From positions 64,001 through 128,000 of IMG/VR virus record IMGVR_UViG_3300020576_002947: 64,000 nucleotides of DNA; one strand, written 5' to 3'. Shown piece by piece: positions 55,632-64,000 of this stretch. Within the stretch, counting starts at the first letter, position 1. Each line of letters starts with the position of its first letter. The notes below the pieces were generated by a model, which was given only the letters and a program-made list of their open reading frames with translations, was not told the DNA's origin and did no database searches. The position numbers were made by a program, and so were the translations under genes. The stretch is from a virus. Taxonomy: Duplodnaviria > Caudoviricetes.

Positions 55632-56741
55632 TTATTGAACTGTTATTGTGGAAGGGAAGACTTTATCTCCAATATTAAGTTGAACAGAGTCCTGATTCCC
55701 TACTCTGACTCCGTCAAGGTAACAATCAAGCCTTGTTGACAGAACGCTAGGACTTACAGCATATATTCTACTAGTAGCTTCTGCGAAGTTAATTGTAGCT
55801 GTTCCAGTGCCGTCTTCGATTGGCAACTGCTCGATAAAGCTTGTAAGTATCTGCTTAATTTGATTCCTTATACCTTCTCTCTGATTTTCAGTATTAGGTT
55901 TAAACTGTAAGGAGACATCAAATTTAACGTATCTAATTACTGGTGAAATAGCTTTAGCAGAAAGTCCAATAAAACTGTAAGTATCTAGCATCTCTTGTGC
56001 AATAGATCTTAAATTCTCTGAGTCAGCAACTGAGTGAGGTACTATAATACAATCGAAAGTACCATAACCTCTTCTCATCGGAAGTACAATAGTATCCTGA
56101 ATGCCAGGAATCTGGCGAAGTAAAGCAACTACAACATCCTTGTTAAATACAGCTCTGTGTCTCAAAGCTTGAATAATACGCTCTCTTAAAGAATCATCAG
56201 ACTCTAAATAAGAACCTGAGCCTAGTGGAAGTAAGTTGGTTACTGTAATAACGTTTGGTGCGTAGTTTGTAGAATCGATATAGCCTGCAGGAATGTTATA
56301 AGAGTCGCCTACTTCGTCGGCAAGTACATGTGCCGTTTCATACTCACCTGCTGCAAGTGTTAGTGCTTCTGTAGTATAGTAAGCAAGTTGAGGATTACTC
56401 TTACTCCAAACTCTAGTCTGAGCTGGGATAATAACCTGAGATCCACCAAGGTTTGTAAATCTTACTGATCTCGCTGATCCAATAGTGGTTGATCTAATTG
56501 CAGGCTTACGACGAATACCTAGATTCCTAGCCCATAGGTCTAAACCTTGACCAGAAGCTGTATGAACATCCATTTGAAGGGACAACTCTTCAAGTTGAAG
56601 TGCAAGTTTATGAGTCTCAGAGGCGAATATTTTTACTAGAGTACCAAGAACTGTGTCGTCAATTGATCCAGTTATATCAGTAGCCTCTACAACCTTCTGC
56701 CAAAAACTGTTCTCAATATCTTTATATGAGGGAGCTACCAT
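55632..56741 (-). CDS. baseplate J / Mu gp47-like protein
   Basis: TASGQGLDLWARNLGIRRKPA, G..YNIPAG, ESDDSLRERI, RGYGTFD. Confidence 0.88.
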   Translation of the reverse strand: MVAPSYKDIENSFWQKVVEATDITGSIDDTVLGTLVKIFASETHKLALQLEELSLQMDVHTASGQGLDLWARNLGIRRKPAIRSTTIGSARSVRFTNLGGSQVIIPAQTRVWSKSNPQLAYYTTEALTLAAGEYETAHVLADEVGDSYNIPAGYIDSTNYAPNVITVTNLLPLGSGSYLESDDSLRERIIQALRHRAVFNKDVVVALLRQIPGIQDTIVLPMRRGYGTFDCIIVPHSVADSENLRSIAQEMLDTYSFIGLSAKAISPVIRYVKFDVSLQFKPNTENQREGIRNQIKQILTSFIEQLPIEDGTGTATINFAEATSRIYAVSPSVLSTRLDCYLDGVRVGNQDSVQLNIGDKVFPSTITVQ

Positions 56742-57145
56742 TATATTACTTTAGAGGGTTCAAAAGAAGTTGTTTCTAAGGTTGTATAGTCTAGAAGATA
56801 GACCACCAATTCCCCATAAGTTTCAACTAAGTCAAGCACCCGACTATCAGAGTTGAGCACTTTAGTCATTTTTGTTAGCACTATTCTAGAACTAAACAGT
56901 TTTGCGTTGCCATTAAAAGCAACGATTTCAAACTTATCAAACCTATAAGGAATCCCAAGAAGTCTCTTTTCCTTGTGCCAGACAAGGCACTGCGTATCAC
57001 TAAAGGATACGCAGTTTAATCCAATGCCACAGGGGACTCTCTTATCCTCTGACAAACCATAAATTGATACTGAAGTTATATCTAAAACATCAGGCTTCTT
57101 TTCTGACTTTTTAAATATTCCTTTAATCTTTTCTAGTAAATTCAT
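56741..57145 (-). CDS. hypothetical protein with amphipathic N-terminus
   Basis: MNLLEKIKGIFKK. Confidence 0.6.
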   Translation of the reverse strand: MNLLEKIKGIFKKSEKKPDVLDITSVSIYGLSEDKRVPCGIGLNCVSFSDTQCLVWHKEKRLLGIPYRFDKFEIVAFNGNAKLFSSRIVLTKMTKVLNSDSRVLDLVETYGELVVYLLDYTTLETTSFEPSKVI

Positions 57146-57149
57146 TATT

Positions 57150-58502
57150 TTATCCCCATGCCTTGTAGTATGAATTCTTATACTTTACAGGATTCTCTGG
57201 ATCTGCTTGGATAGGACAAGGCTGGTTTCTACCATACTTACCATACTCCTGATACTCACTTTTAGGTAAACTAACCAAAGGAGGTCCGACATGACCTGAT
57301 CTAACTCTAGTCTCAACCTGCATCCAAGAATTAACCCAGTCTTGAATATGACCCTCCATAGATCTATTTTTGAATACCCATTCTCTAGACTCAGACGCAA
57401 GAGACTTTCTTTTCTCTGGATTCTCAATAAGATAACTTAAAGCTGAGGTCCAAGAAGGAAAACATTCCTTTGACTGCCCAACTAAAAGTAGCTTACCGCC
57501 CGTTTCAAAATGTGTACGAGCATAAGGAGCACAAGAAGTTCCTACAAATGCAGCTCCTGACGCGGAAGCTTCTAAGTACTTTAAGTCTGACTTTGCCATA
57601 TTAAACTGGTTAACTACTAGCGGACCTATTTGGATATCCATACCCTTGAGTCCTACAGGATGGTCTAAGAAGTGCCTTCCTGGAATATAGATGATTCTAT
57701 CAGGAGTCAATAAGTTATCCTTATCAAACTTTTTAATAAACTTTGTAAATAAGTCTTGTATGGTTGGGGATGAGTAGATAGCAAATACAGTGTTAGGGTA
57801 CTTTAAAAGAACTCTAGTGATCTCTCCAGCCATCGAGTCAAAGTCTTCAATGTGTGTATTCCCACAAGAATATCCAATGACTATCTTATCTCCATACTCA
57901 GCCGGACGTTCAATCGGTAGCAATGTTGCGTGAATATTATTACCATCCCACTTAATATCAGCACTCCAATCACGCTGAGAGAAATCTATATGATTGAGAA
58001 GCTTAAATACATTTTGATTATTCTTCTTATACCACTTACCAAGCTCAAGAGTTGAAACAGTAACACCTGAGCACAGCCTCATGGTCTTGTCTATGTATTC
58101 AAGCTCTTCTGTTCCTTGATGGTATACAGAGTACGATGGATTCTTAGGGGAGACATGGTGCAGATCGTCGTCAATCTCATAAACTACTGTCTTTCTTAGC
58201 CACATTGCCTCTGTTAGTAGACCATTAATATCTTTTCTATGCTGTCGAGGAGCTAGTATAGTAGGGTACTCCATCATATCAAGATAATTAAGAGTTGATG
58301 CTACCTTTACGTTAGCCCCAAGCTGTTTCAAGATATTTAATGGTAGGATGATTCGGTAGTACCCACAGGCACTCCAGTCACCCACAAGACCTAAAACTTT
58401 TAACCCATTATATTTATTACCATGAACTTCACTTGGTAGTGTGTGTTCAGGATTAAGTATCCTCTTGGAGATACTATCTGAGTACTCTTTATCAAACAAC
58501 AT
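57150..58502 (-). CDS. GT-B glycosyltransferase with degenerate C-terminal SEC-C-like tail
   Basis: ACGYYRIILP, YEIDDDL, VTVST..L, THIEDF, DIQIGPL...FN.AKSDLKYLE. Tail GRNQPCP...KYK. Confidence 0.8.
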   Translation of the reverse strand: MLFDKEYSDSISKRILNPEHTLPSEVHGNKYNGLKVLGLVGDWSACGYYRIILPLNILKQLGANVKVASTLNYLDMMEYPTILAPRQHRKDINGLLTEAMWLRKTVVYEIDDDLHHVSPKNPSYSVYHQGTEELEYIDKTMRLCSGVTVSTLELGKWYKKNNQNVFKLLNHIDFSQRDWSADIKWDGNNIHATLLPIERPAEYGDKIVIGYSCGNTHIEDFDSMAGEITRVLLKYPNTVFAIYSSPTIQDLFTKFIKKFDKDNLLTPDRIIYIPGRHFLDHPVGLKGMDIQIGPLVVNQFNMAKSDLKYLEASASGAAFVGTSCAPYARTHFETGGKLLLVGQSKECFPSWTSALSYLIENPEKRKSLASESREWVFKNRSMEGHIQDWVNSWMQVETRVRSGHVGPPLVSLPKSEYQEYGKYGRNQPCPIQADPENPVKYKNSYYKAWG

Positions 58503-58515
58503 TACTTATTAATGT

Positions 58516-58914
58516 CTATCTTTGAGCAACTTCGCCAGTAACTAAATCAAGATCAAACTCGAGAAACGTTTTAGTAAGTATATCCTCTACTGAATAAAAC
58601 TCAATACCAATAAAAATATGGCCTTCTGTGATTTCTGCCACAATAACATCACTAATAGCGGCCCCAGAAATACTGCTAACCTCTGTTATGACCATTGACC
58701 TAATATTATCTAAGACATCATCATCTGCGGGCTGTCCAATAAAATCTTCTAGCCTAGTTCCTAAGCCAGGAGTAACTAAACAATCCCCTTTGTATGTTTT
58801 AAGACGAAATAGCATTGCCTGTGCAATATAATCATCCCCAGAAACTAAGGTTTCTCTGCCTGTAGTAGCATCAAGAACTAGTTCTCCTGTTGAAGTAATT
58901 TTTAAATCTCTCAT
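58516..58914 (-). CDS. gp25/GPW-like baseplate wedge protein
   Basis: DLKIT..GEL...LVSGDD.IAQ....RLKT.KGD....P.LG..LEDFIG. Confidence 0.8.
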   Translation of the reverse strand: MRDLKITSTGELVLDATTGRETLVSGDDYIAQAMLFRLKTYKGDCLVTPGLGTRLEDFIGQPADDDVLDNIRSMVITEVSSISGAAISDVIVAEITEGHIFIGIEFYSVEDILTKTFLEFDLDLVTGEVAQR

Positions 58915-59498
58915 TTCTTTTTGTTCTCCACTTTAGGTTTGCTTGAAAGTCTTTTTACTACCTTTGGAATATCATGACCAATTGCGTTTGCTAGTCTACT
59001 AACACGGTCAGCAGACTCGGTCATTACTTGATTAGCTATTGTTAAAGGACGACTCTCAAAAATTGACGCTAGTGAAGAAGTACCATGAATTTTCCCAGCG
59101 TTATCAACCTGTGTTAATGAAGTTATAAGCTTATAGTTTGAAAGATCTTCTTTACTATTGCTTACTGTAAGCACTTCTTTCACACCATAAAATAGTTCAG
59201 AGTCAAAGTAGCGACCTAGTAGAACCAAATCCTTTATTGACTGAGTAGATATCTCAATATCCCCGCACTTAAGAATACAGGTTTTAGACTCAAGTCCAAT
59301 ACCATTGTTAATATTATCTACAACTAGATAACTACTACCTGCATATAACTGAACATTGCCATCATTTTGAACTAGAACTCCTGACGGGGTTCTAGGATGG
59401 CGTAATCCTTGGTCTTCATCTAAGTAGTTAAGACCGAAACGTCGTGCTACTGTAGACGTAAAGCCTGTAATAAACGTATCTAAAAAGTTTTTTATCAT
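58911..59498 (-). CDS. putative baseplate spike/hub-associated protein
   Basis: GLRHP..SGVLVQNDGNVQLYAG beta-strand run, upstream of the gp25-like gene. Confidence 0.5.
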   Translation of the reverse strand: MIKNFLDTFITGFTSTVARRFGLNYLDEDQGLRHPRTPSGVLVQNDGNVQLYAGSSYLVVDNINNGIGLESKTCILKCGDIEISTQSIKDLVLLGRYFDSELFYGVKEVLTVSNSKEDLSNYKLITSLTQVDNAGKIHGTSSLASIFESRPLTIANQVMTESADRVSRLANAIGHDIPKVVKRLSSKPKVENKKK

Positions 59499-60613
59499 GG
59501 AAGTCTCGTTGGGATCGTCTTGTTATAAGTGCTCTTTCTAGCCCACTCACCAATAACATTCAGTCTTTCATCAACACCATTTACAACACGTGAGCTATCT
59601 CTTTTTTGGACTCCCTTGTCTTGATTAGTCATCTCTGGTCCGATAGGGCCTGTTAAACTAGGAGGGTTACCCTGAGAGACACTAGCAGGGGTATTGGAGG
59701 AAACACCAGGATAGTATATTTTTCTAGGACCTAAGATTTTTACATCATGTACAGAAATGTAGTCGATATAGTCTACATCAGTTAGAGATGTTATAACATA
59801 AACAGACACATCTCGATTTACTATAGAATATAGGTTATCAAAGTTGGGATCATTGAGCTCTCGTTTATATAGGGTTAGATTTCTTAATACTCTTTGCACA
59901 TAAACTGAAGTATTTTTCTTAACTGTAATTGGTGTTGTTTGTAAAGATTCATCACCCGTAGTCTCATTAAACCAAAGTTGAAACGAAGGTGTATCTCTTA
60001 CAACAGTCGCTTCGTAAGCTAATGTATGATCAGCCCCACTCTTATACTGAGCAAAACCTTCCTCAGGTACTGCACTATAAGTTTTAGATTCGATAACTAC
60101 AGGCTTCGTACTAGCTGCTTGTTTTTCTTTTGCATCCGGGACAGCATTCAAAGTATTAATCTGATCTGAACTATAAACTTGAGAGTCAACGGCCTGGGTA
60201 AAGGATGTTTGACCTGAGATTAATGGAAGGAATGTGTTTCCTCCTATCAAAGTTAAGTCTACTAATGCTTGACTACCTGCGGAAGGACTTACACCTACTT
60301 TACCACTTGCGTCTGAGGTTGAGAATGGTTTTGAGCTTCTAGGTGCAATTGATCCAATAGCATCCTTCCCTCCTCTAGGGTCCTTAAACCTAATTACGCA
60401 GCCAGAATTATTAGTATCAGGCCCAGCGGTTAAAGCTAAAAACTGCCCTTTAGATGAAGCACCTTTGACAAATATCTCAGAAGTCTCCTCACTACGCATC
60501 TGAGTAACGTACTTCTCAAAGGAGTCGAGATACCCAGTTACATTACCAGGACTCTGGTTTACTGTAAGTTCGCTAACTTCTTGCGAAGATCTTTTTAAAT
60601 ATCCTGGAATCAT
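59495..60613 (-). CDS. putative baseplate protein
   Basis: Position in the tail module. No diagnostic motif. Confidence 0.45.
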   Translation of the reverse strand: MIPGYLKRSSQEVSELTVNQSPGNVTGYLDSFEKYVTQMRSEETSEIFVKGASSKGQFLALTAGPDTNNSGCVIRFKDPRGGKDAIGSIAPRSSKPFSTSDASGKVGVSPSAGSQALVDLTLIGGNTFLPLISGQTSFTQAVDSQVYSSDQINTLNAVPDAKEKQAASTKPVVIESKTYSAVPEEGFAQYKSGADHTLAYEATVVRDTPSFQLWFNETTGDESLQTTPITVKKNTSVYVQRVLRNLTLYKRELNDPNFDNLYSIVNRDVSVYVITSLTDVDYIDYISVHDVKILGPRKIYYPGVSSNTPASVSQGNPPSLTGPIGPEMTNQDKGVQKRDSSRVVNGVDERLNVIGEWARKSTYNKTIPTRLP

Positions 60614-61287
60614 TTACCGTGGTACTCCCAATGCCAAGCTTCTTCAATCTTTCGGCCATCTCTAGCCCAAGCTGGGTGAATAAAACCAAAAGAAGGCGCA
60701 TTTGCTGCTAGCCATAAGTAGAGCTTAGATCCACGCATTCTAGCATTAGAAGCTACTCCAAACGGGTCTTTTCTCGGCCACAAACCACCAATATCAATCG
60801 CTCTAGCCCATCCATGTACAGAAGTTCCTGGTCTAGCTACTCCTTTTCCACCCCTTGCTCTATGTAGATCTGCTTGATGCTCGTAAGTACGATAAGCCGA
60901 GGATATTCTAAGGTTTATACCCTCAGTCTTAGCTTTTGCTACCATAGCTAGCCAAGCATCCGCTGCAGCAGGCATCATCCACGATTGGTTCTGATAACCA
61001 TATCGTTTACCATTGCCGCCACCAATCGGCTTTAAAGATGAAATAGGAATCCTACCATTTGCATGGCCTCCCCAAGCTAGTTGACCTGATGTCAAAGCTG
61101 GTTGGCTAGGAGTAGGCATTGTTTGTGGTACTGTAGTTATTGAGACACTTCCATCAAGGTATGCCTCATCAGTTCCTATCATACTATCAGGATCAAATAG
61201 AAAATTTGTTTTTTCGCTAATCAGACCAATTCTATAAAAATCCTGTTCTGCTCTACTCCTCATTACATCGATAAGATCTTCAAACAT
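60610..61287 (-). CDS. tail-region peptidase M15B (VanY-like D,D-carboxypeptidase fold)
   Basis: NGRIP, SAYRTYEHQ, PGTSVHGWARAID, EAWHWEY. Confidence 0.88.
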   Translation of the reverse strand: MFEDLIDVMRSRAEQDFYRIGLISEKTNFLFDPDSMIGTDEAYLDGSVSITTVPQTMPTPSQPALTSGQLAWGGHANGRIPISSLKPIGGGNGKRYGYQNQSWMMPAAADAWLAMVAKAKTEGINLRISSAYRTYEHQADLHRARGGKGVARPGTSVHGWARAIDIGGLWPRKDPFGVASNARMRGSKLYLWLAANAPSFGFIHPAWARDGRKIEEAWHWEYHGK

Positions 61288-61290
61288 ATT

Positions 61291-61893
61291 CTATAGCTTA
61301 TACCCCACAATGCCACCTAGTGATTTAATACGTCCAACTATTACTTTTACGTAGTGCCGTGTTTCATCGAATGGAGGAATACCTCCATGCTTTCTAACGT
61401 TCCCAGGCCCAGCATTATAAGCTGCTAGAGCCAATGGAATATTATTTTTATGTAGATTCAACATCATCTTAATATATTCCGCACTACCCATTAGATTTTC
61501 TCTAGGGTCCATAGGATTTTTTACTTTAAGCCATGCAGCTGTTTTTGGCATTAACTGCCCTAGACCCATAGCACCAGATTTTTTATTAACATCATTAGGG
61601 TTAAATCTGCTTTCTTGCCAGATAATAGATTCTAGAAGTAGATAAGGCACACCATGTTTTTGAGCAGCTTCATCAATTAACTTGGCTATTGCAGGAGGTG
61701 CATTTTCACTAGGACCTGCTATATAACCTGCTGATGAACCGTCAGCAGGTTTAACTACAGGTGCATTAATACCTGCTGCAATCTCAAAATTAGTTCTGGG
61801 AGATCTATCCGCACCTCCTCCGATTAAACCAATTCTGTAAAAGTCTTCAGTTGCTCTTATATGTAGAAGATTTCTTAATTGATCAATATCCAT
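61291..61893 (-). CDS. tail-region lytic transglycosylase (SLT domain)
   Basis: QESRFNP, GAMGLGQLMP, ALAAYNAGPG, ETRHYV. Confidence 0.92.
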   Translation of the reverse strand: MDIDQLRNLLHIRATEDFYRIGLIGGGADRSPRTNFEIAAGINAPVVKPADGSSAGYIAGPSENAPPAIAKLIDEAAQKHGVPYLLLESIIWQESRFNPNDVNKKSGAMGLGQLMPKTAAWLKVKNPMDPRENLMGSAEYIKMMLNLHKNNIPLALAAYNAGPGNVRKHGGIPPFDETRHYVKVIVGRIKSLGGIVGYKL

Positions 61894-61895
61894 TT

Positions 61896-63998
61896 TTATT
61901 GTACCGGTAAATCAGTATTGGAGACGTTCTCCGCCTCTTCACGTAATTTCTTCTCTTCTACACTTGGTTTTGTATCAGGGATCTCAACACCCATGAAAGC
62001 ACAAGAAAGTGAAAGCAATTGCCCCCAGCCGTCCTTTTCAATCCACTGATCAATCCAACCAGGTTCATCCCCTACAACAGCGCCAGCGTGTCCTAGAATA
62101 CCTGCAGTATAAGGAACACCTCCTGAGAACAATGGGTAGATTGTTACGACCTGTCTAGCCTTAAGACGGTAGTTTATTGTACTTACAACAGACTCTCCGA
62201 GACACATCCAGATTATCTCTTTAGCTGCTGCTAGTAGGAATTGTGGTCCTACTAATGAGCCTATTCGAAGAGCCGTAGAGGCTTTCTTAGCATCATGACC
62301 AAGGGCACCTAGCAAGTCTACTTGCTTTACAGCATTCTTGGCTGCCTCAATAGCCCCAACTCCTGCTTCTCCTGCTTCCTTAGCAGCGTCCAGAATTTCA
62401 GCAGGATTTTGCTGTGGCTTAAAAGGAAGCAGATTGTAAGGATTTAAAACTGCCTTTCTAAGACCTCTTGACCAACCCCAGATAGCTCCAGCACCTGCCT
62501 TAGCAGTAGCTAGTGTTTTAAAACCACCTGTCGTTCTTCTTATTTTCTTAGCATCCCTATAATTTTTAATAACACCCCAAATACCACTATTTAAAAGGTT
62601 ATCACCCAAATATTTTCCCCACAACTTCCAGCCACTCCATTTAAACCCATATTTATTAAGATCTCCAACGTCAGTTCCAATCTTGTTCATGTCTATAGTT
62701 GCCATTCTAAGGAGATCTTCAATCTCTTCTATAGTTATGTTATTCAATTCGTTGATTAGTTTAGTCCTTGCAGCTGCATTTTTTATAGGATCTACATCAA
62801 TTCCACGAGCTTTAGCAATAGCATCTATCTCAGGATCTTCAAAGATATTCTTTTTGGTATCTCCTATTATTGTTGTTACCCAATCAGTTAGCTCAGGATC
62901 AGCCATTGTATTCTCAAAAGCATTCTCCCATATTCTTGCTAGCTGGATAGTTACTTTTTTCTTAATATCCTTAATAAGAGATTTTGAAACAGAGCCAACT
63001 TTGTGGGGGTCTACATCTTCTTTAAATACCCACCACCCACTTGTTCTTTTGATTGACTTTCTAGTACCATTATAATGACCAATCAGTATATCGGTAATGT
63101 CTTTTTCTAGGGCCTGGAATTTTTCTAGGGTATCTGCTTCATCAATCGTATCTAACAGATTAGCAAGTTCTCTCTTACCCTCGTTTCCAACACCACCTTC
63201 AGCAAATTGTATAATCTCCTCAAGATGCAGAATTATAGAGTCTTTAAGTGCCTTCTTCATCCTAGCATTATAAAGCTTAAGTTGTTCTTTACCTGCACCG
63301 TCTTTTGCAAGGGTCTGTAGTAGTTTTTTTGCTTTTTCGGTACTAAGTAGCTCCTTTAGCTTGACTAACTCAGCTGCTTCTTCAGCCGTAGCCTTACCTG
63401 TGTCCCTCAACTCAATTAATCTACGATATCTAATTACTTCAGGCTCTAATGAACTGCCTTCTAAAAGACTAAATCTATTCTGGATAATATTTAGTCTATC
63501 CCTAGTCCCAGCCTGCATAGCAATTACTAATTTATCTAGAAAGTCTAATTTCTCTCCAGGTGTCTTTAACTCACCAAATTTCTCAGCCAGGTCAGTCTGT
63601 GTGTTAAGAAACCCAATGATTTTTCGGTATGGTACAAGAGATGCATCATCAACAGGTCCTTGAGCTAACCTAGCCAATTTAGCATCCATTTTTTCTCGAA
63701 GAGTGGCTTTTCTAGCTTCTCGAGCAGCTAAATCTCTTGCCTTTTTATCAGCGTCTGCTTGTTGTGCTGGAGTTAGAGTAGGTGGTATAGCTCCCCGTTT
63801 GGCAGCTAAGGGAGGTTCCTTAGGTGCAGGAGCTAAAACTGCTAGTCTTTTCACATAATCTTTAGCAATCTCTGCAGACTTGTTAACATTTGTCTGTGCA
63901 ATACTCTCAGAGATTTCCTTAGCGACCTTATCAGTATCTTCAAGAAGCTTTGCTGCTTGAGCCTCTTGCTCACATAATTCAGCAACTGTGTTAATCGA
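61896..63998 (-). CDS. large tail protein (hub or tape-measure-like), 5'-truncated by the window edge
   Basis: The frame stays open from 63998. Ala/Lys-rich helical body and C-terminal QVVTIYPL...GVPYTAGI.GH.GAV. Confidence 0.6.
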   Translation of the reverse strand, partial: SINTVAELCEQEAQAAKLLEDTDKVAKEISESIAQTNVNKSAEIAKDYVKRLAVLAPAPKEPPLAAKRGAIPPTLTPAQQADADKKARDLAAREARKATLREKMDAKLARLAQGPVDDASLVPYRKIIGFLNTQTDLAEKFGELKTPGEKLDFLDKLVIAMQAGTRDRLNIIQNRFSLLEGSSLEPEVIRYRRLIELRDTGKATAEEAAELVKLKELLSTEKAKKLLQTLAKDGAGKEQLKLYNARMKKALKDSIILHLEEIIQFAEGGVGNEGKRELANLLDTIDEADTLEKFQALEKDITDILIGHYNGTRKSIKRTSGWWVFKEDVDPHKVGSVSKSLIKDIKKKVTIQLARIWENAFENTMADPELTDWVTTIIGDTKKNIFEDPEIDAIAKARGIDVDPIKNAAARTKLINELNNITIEEIEDLLRMATIDMNKIGTDVGDLNKYGFKWSGWKLWGKYLGDNLLNSGIWGVIKNYRDAKKIRRTTGGFKTLATAKAGAGAIWGWSRGLRKAVLNPYNLLPFKPQQNPAEILDAAKEAGEAGVGAIEAAKNAVKQVDLLGALGHDAKKASTALRIGSLVGPQFLLAAAKEIIWMCLGESVVSTINYRLKARQVVTIYPLFSGGVPYTAGILGHAGAVVGDEPGWIDQWIEKDGWGQLLSLSCAFMGVEIPDTKPSVEEKKLREEAENVSNTDLPVQ

Positions 63999-64000
63999 TC

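Noticed and set aside
928-63663. Antisense and nested ORFs in the track (e.g. 928-1125, 1052-1282, 7304-7486, 10609-10878, 12320-12529, 18182-18436, 29652-29999, 36006-36209, 38428-38760, 47579-48068, 57185-57427, 62683-63075, 63361-63663)
   Set aside because: They are shadows of longer, motif-bearing genes and have no recognisable motifs of their own.
61896-63998. Firm tape-measure protein call
   Set aside because: Only the C-terminal part is visible. The helical Ala/Lys-rich composition fits, but a baseplate hub protein is equally possible.
33946-63998. Bacterial contractile injection system or tailocin rather than phage
   Set aside because: The surrounding RNA ligase, homing endonucleases, dozens of small early genes and lack of housekeeping operons indicate a lytic phage genome.
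1-64000. Alternative genetic code (stop-codon reassignment, as in some large phages)
   Set aside because: Standard-code ORFs tile the window densely, and TAA, TAG and TGA all end genes at sensible, often overlapping, junctions.
1-64000. CRISPR array, tRNA genes, diversity-generating retroelement or retron
   Set aside because: The largest intergenic gap is about 165 nt. I saw no spaced direct repeats, cloverleaf or reverse transcriptase ORF by eye. tRNAscan and a repeat finder were not run.

Overview
AT-rich, gene-dense 64 kb segment of a large, probably jumbo, contractile-tailed bacteriophage read in the standard genetic code. It has four strand blocks. (1) 1-8369 (+): MORC-like GHKL ATPase, alpha/beta hydrolase, Rnl1-type RNA ligase, DUF1289, a MoxR-like AAA plus vWA/metallopeptidase pair, a metallophosphoesterase and a candidate T4-T-like holin. 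(2) 8359-10353 (-): a Ycf45-like ATPase and a sigma-like protein. (3) 10520-27794 (+): about 45 mostly small early/accessory genes, including a two-gene DNA methyltransferase, an SF2 helicase with an Mrr-type nuclease, an NDT-like protein, a hotdog thioesterase, a DEDDh exonuclease and a zincin. (4) 27872-64000 (-): GIY-YIG endonuclease, M15 endolysin, RemA/DUF370 homologue, a second sigma-like factor, paralogous baseplate and tail-fibre proteins, GroEL, RuvC, baseplate J, glycosyltransferase, gp25-like wedge protein, two tail-region peptidoglycan hydrolases and a truncated large tail protein. The most notable observations are a GroEL split in its GDG/TTT ATP-binding motif by a Pro1 class-3 LAGLIDADG intein, two unrelated cell-wall hydrolases sharing an N-terminal RAxxDFYRIGLI module, Type ISP-like restriction-modification domains spread over four genes, three unrelated small genes ending in E[IL]LVMI-stop, and captured host regulators (RemA, Ycf45). 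No capsid, terminase, tRNA or CRISPR array was seen. All family assignments come from motif recognition by eye; no database search was run.
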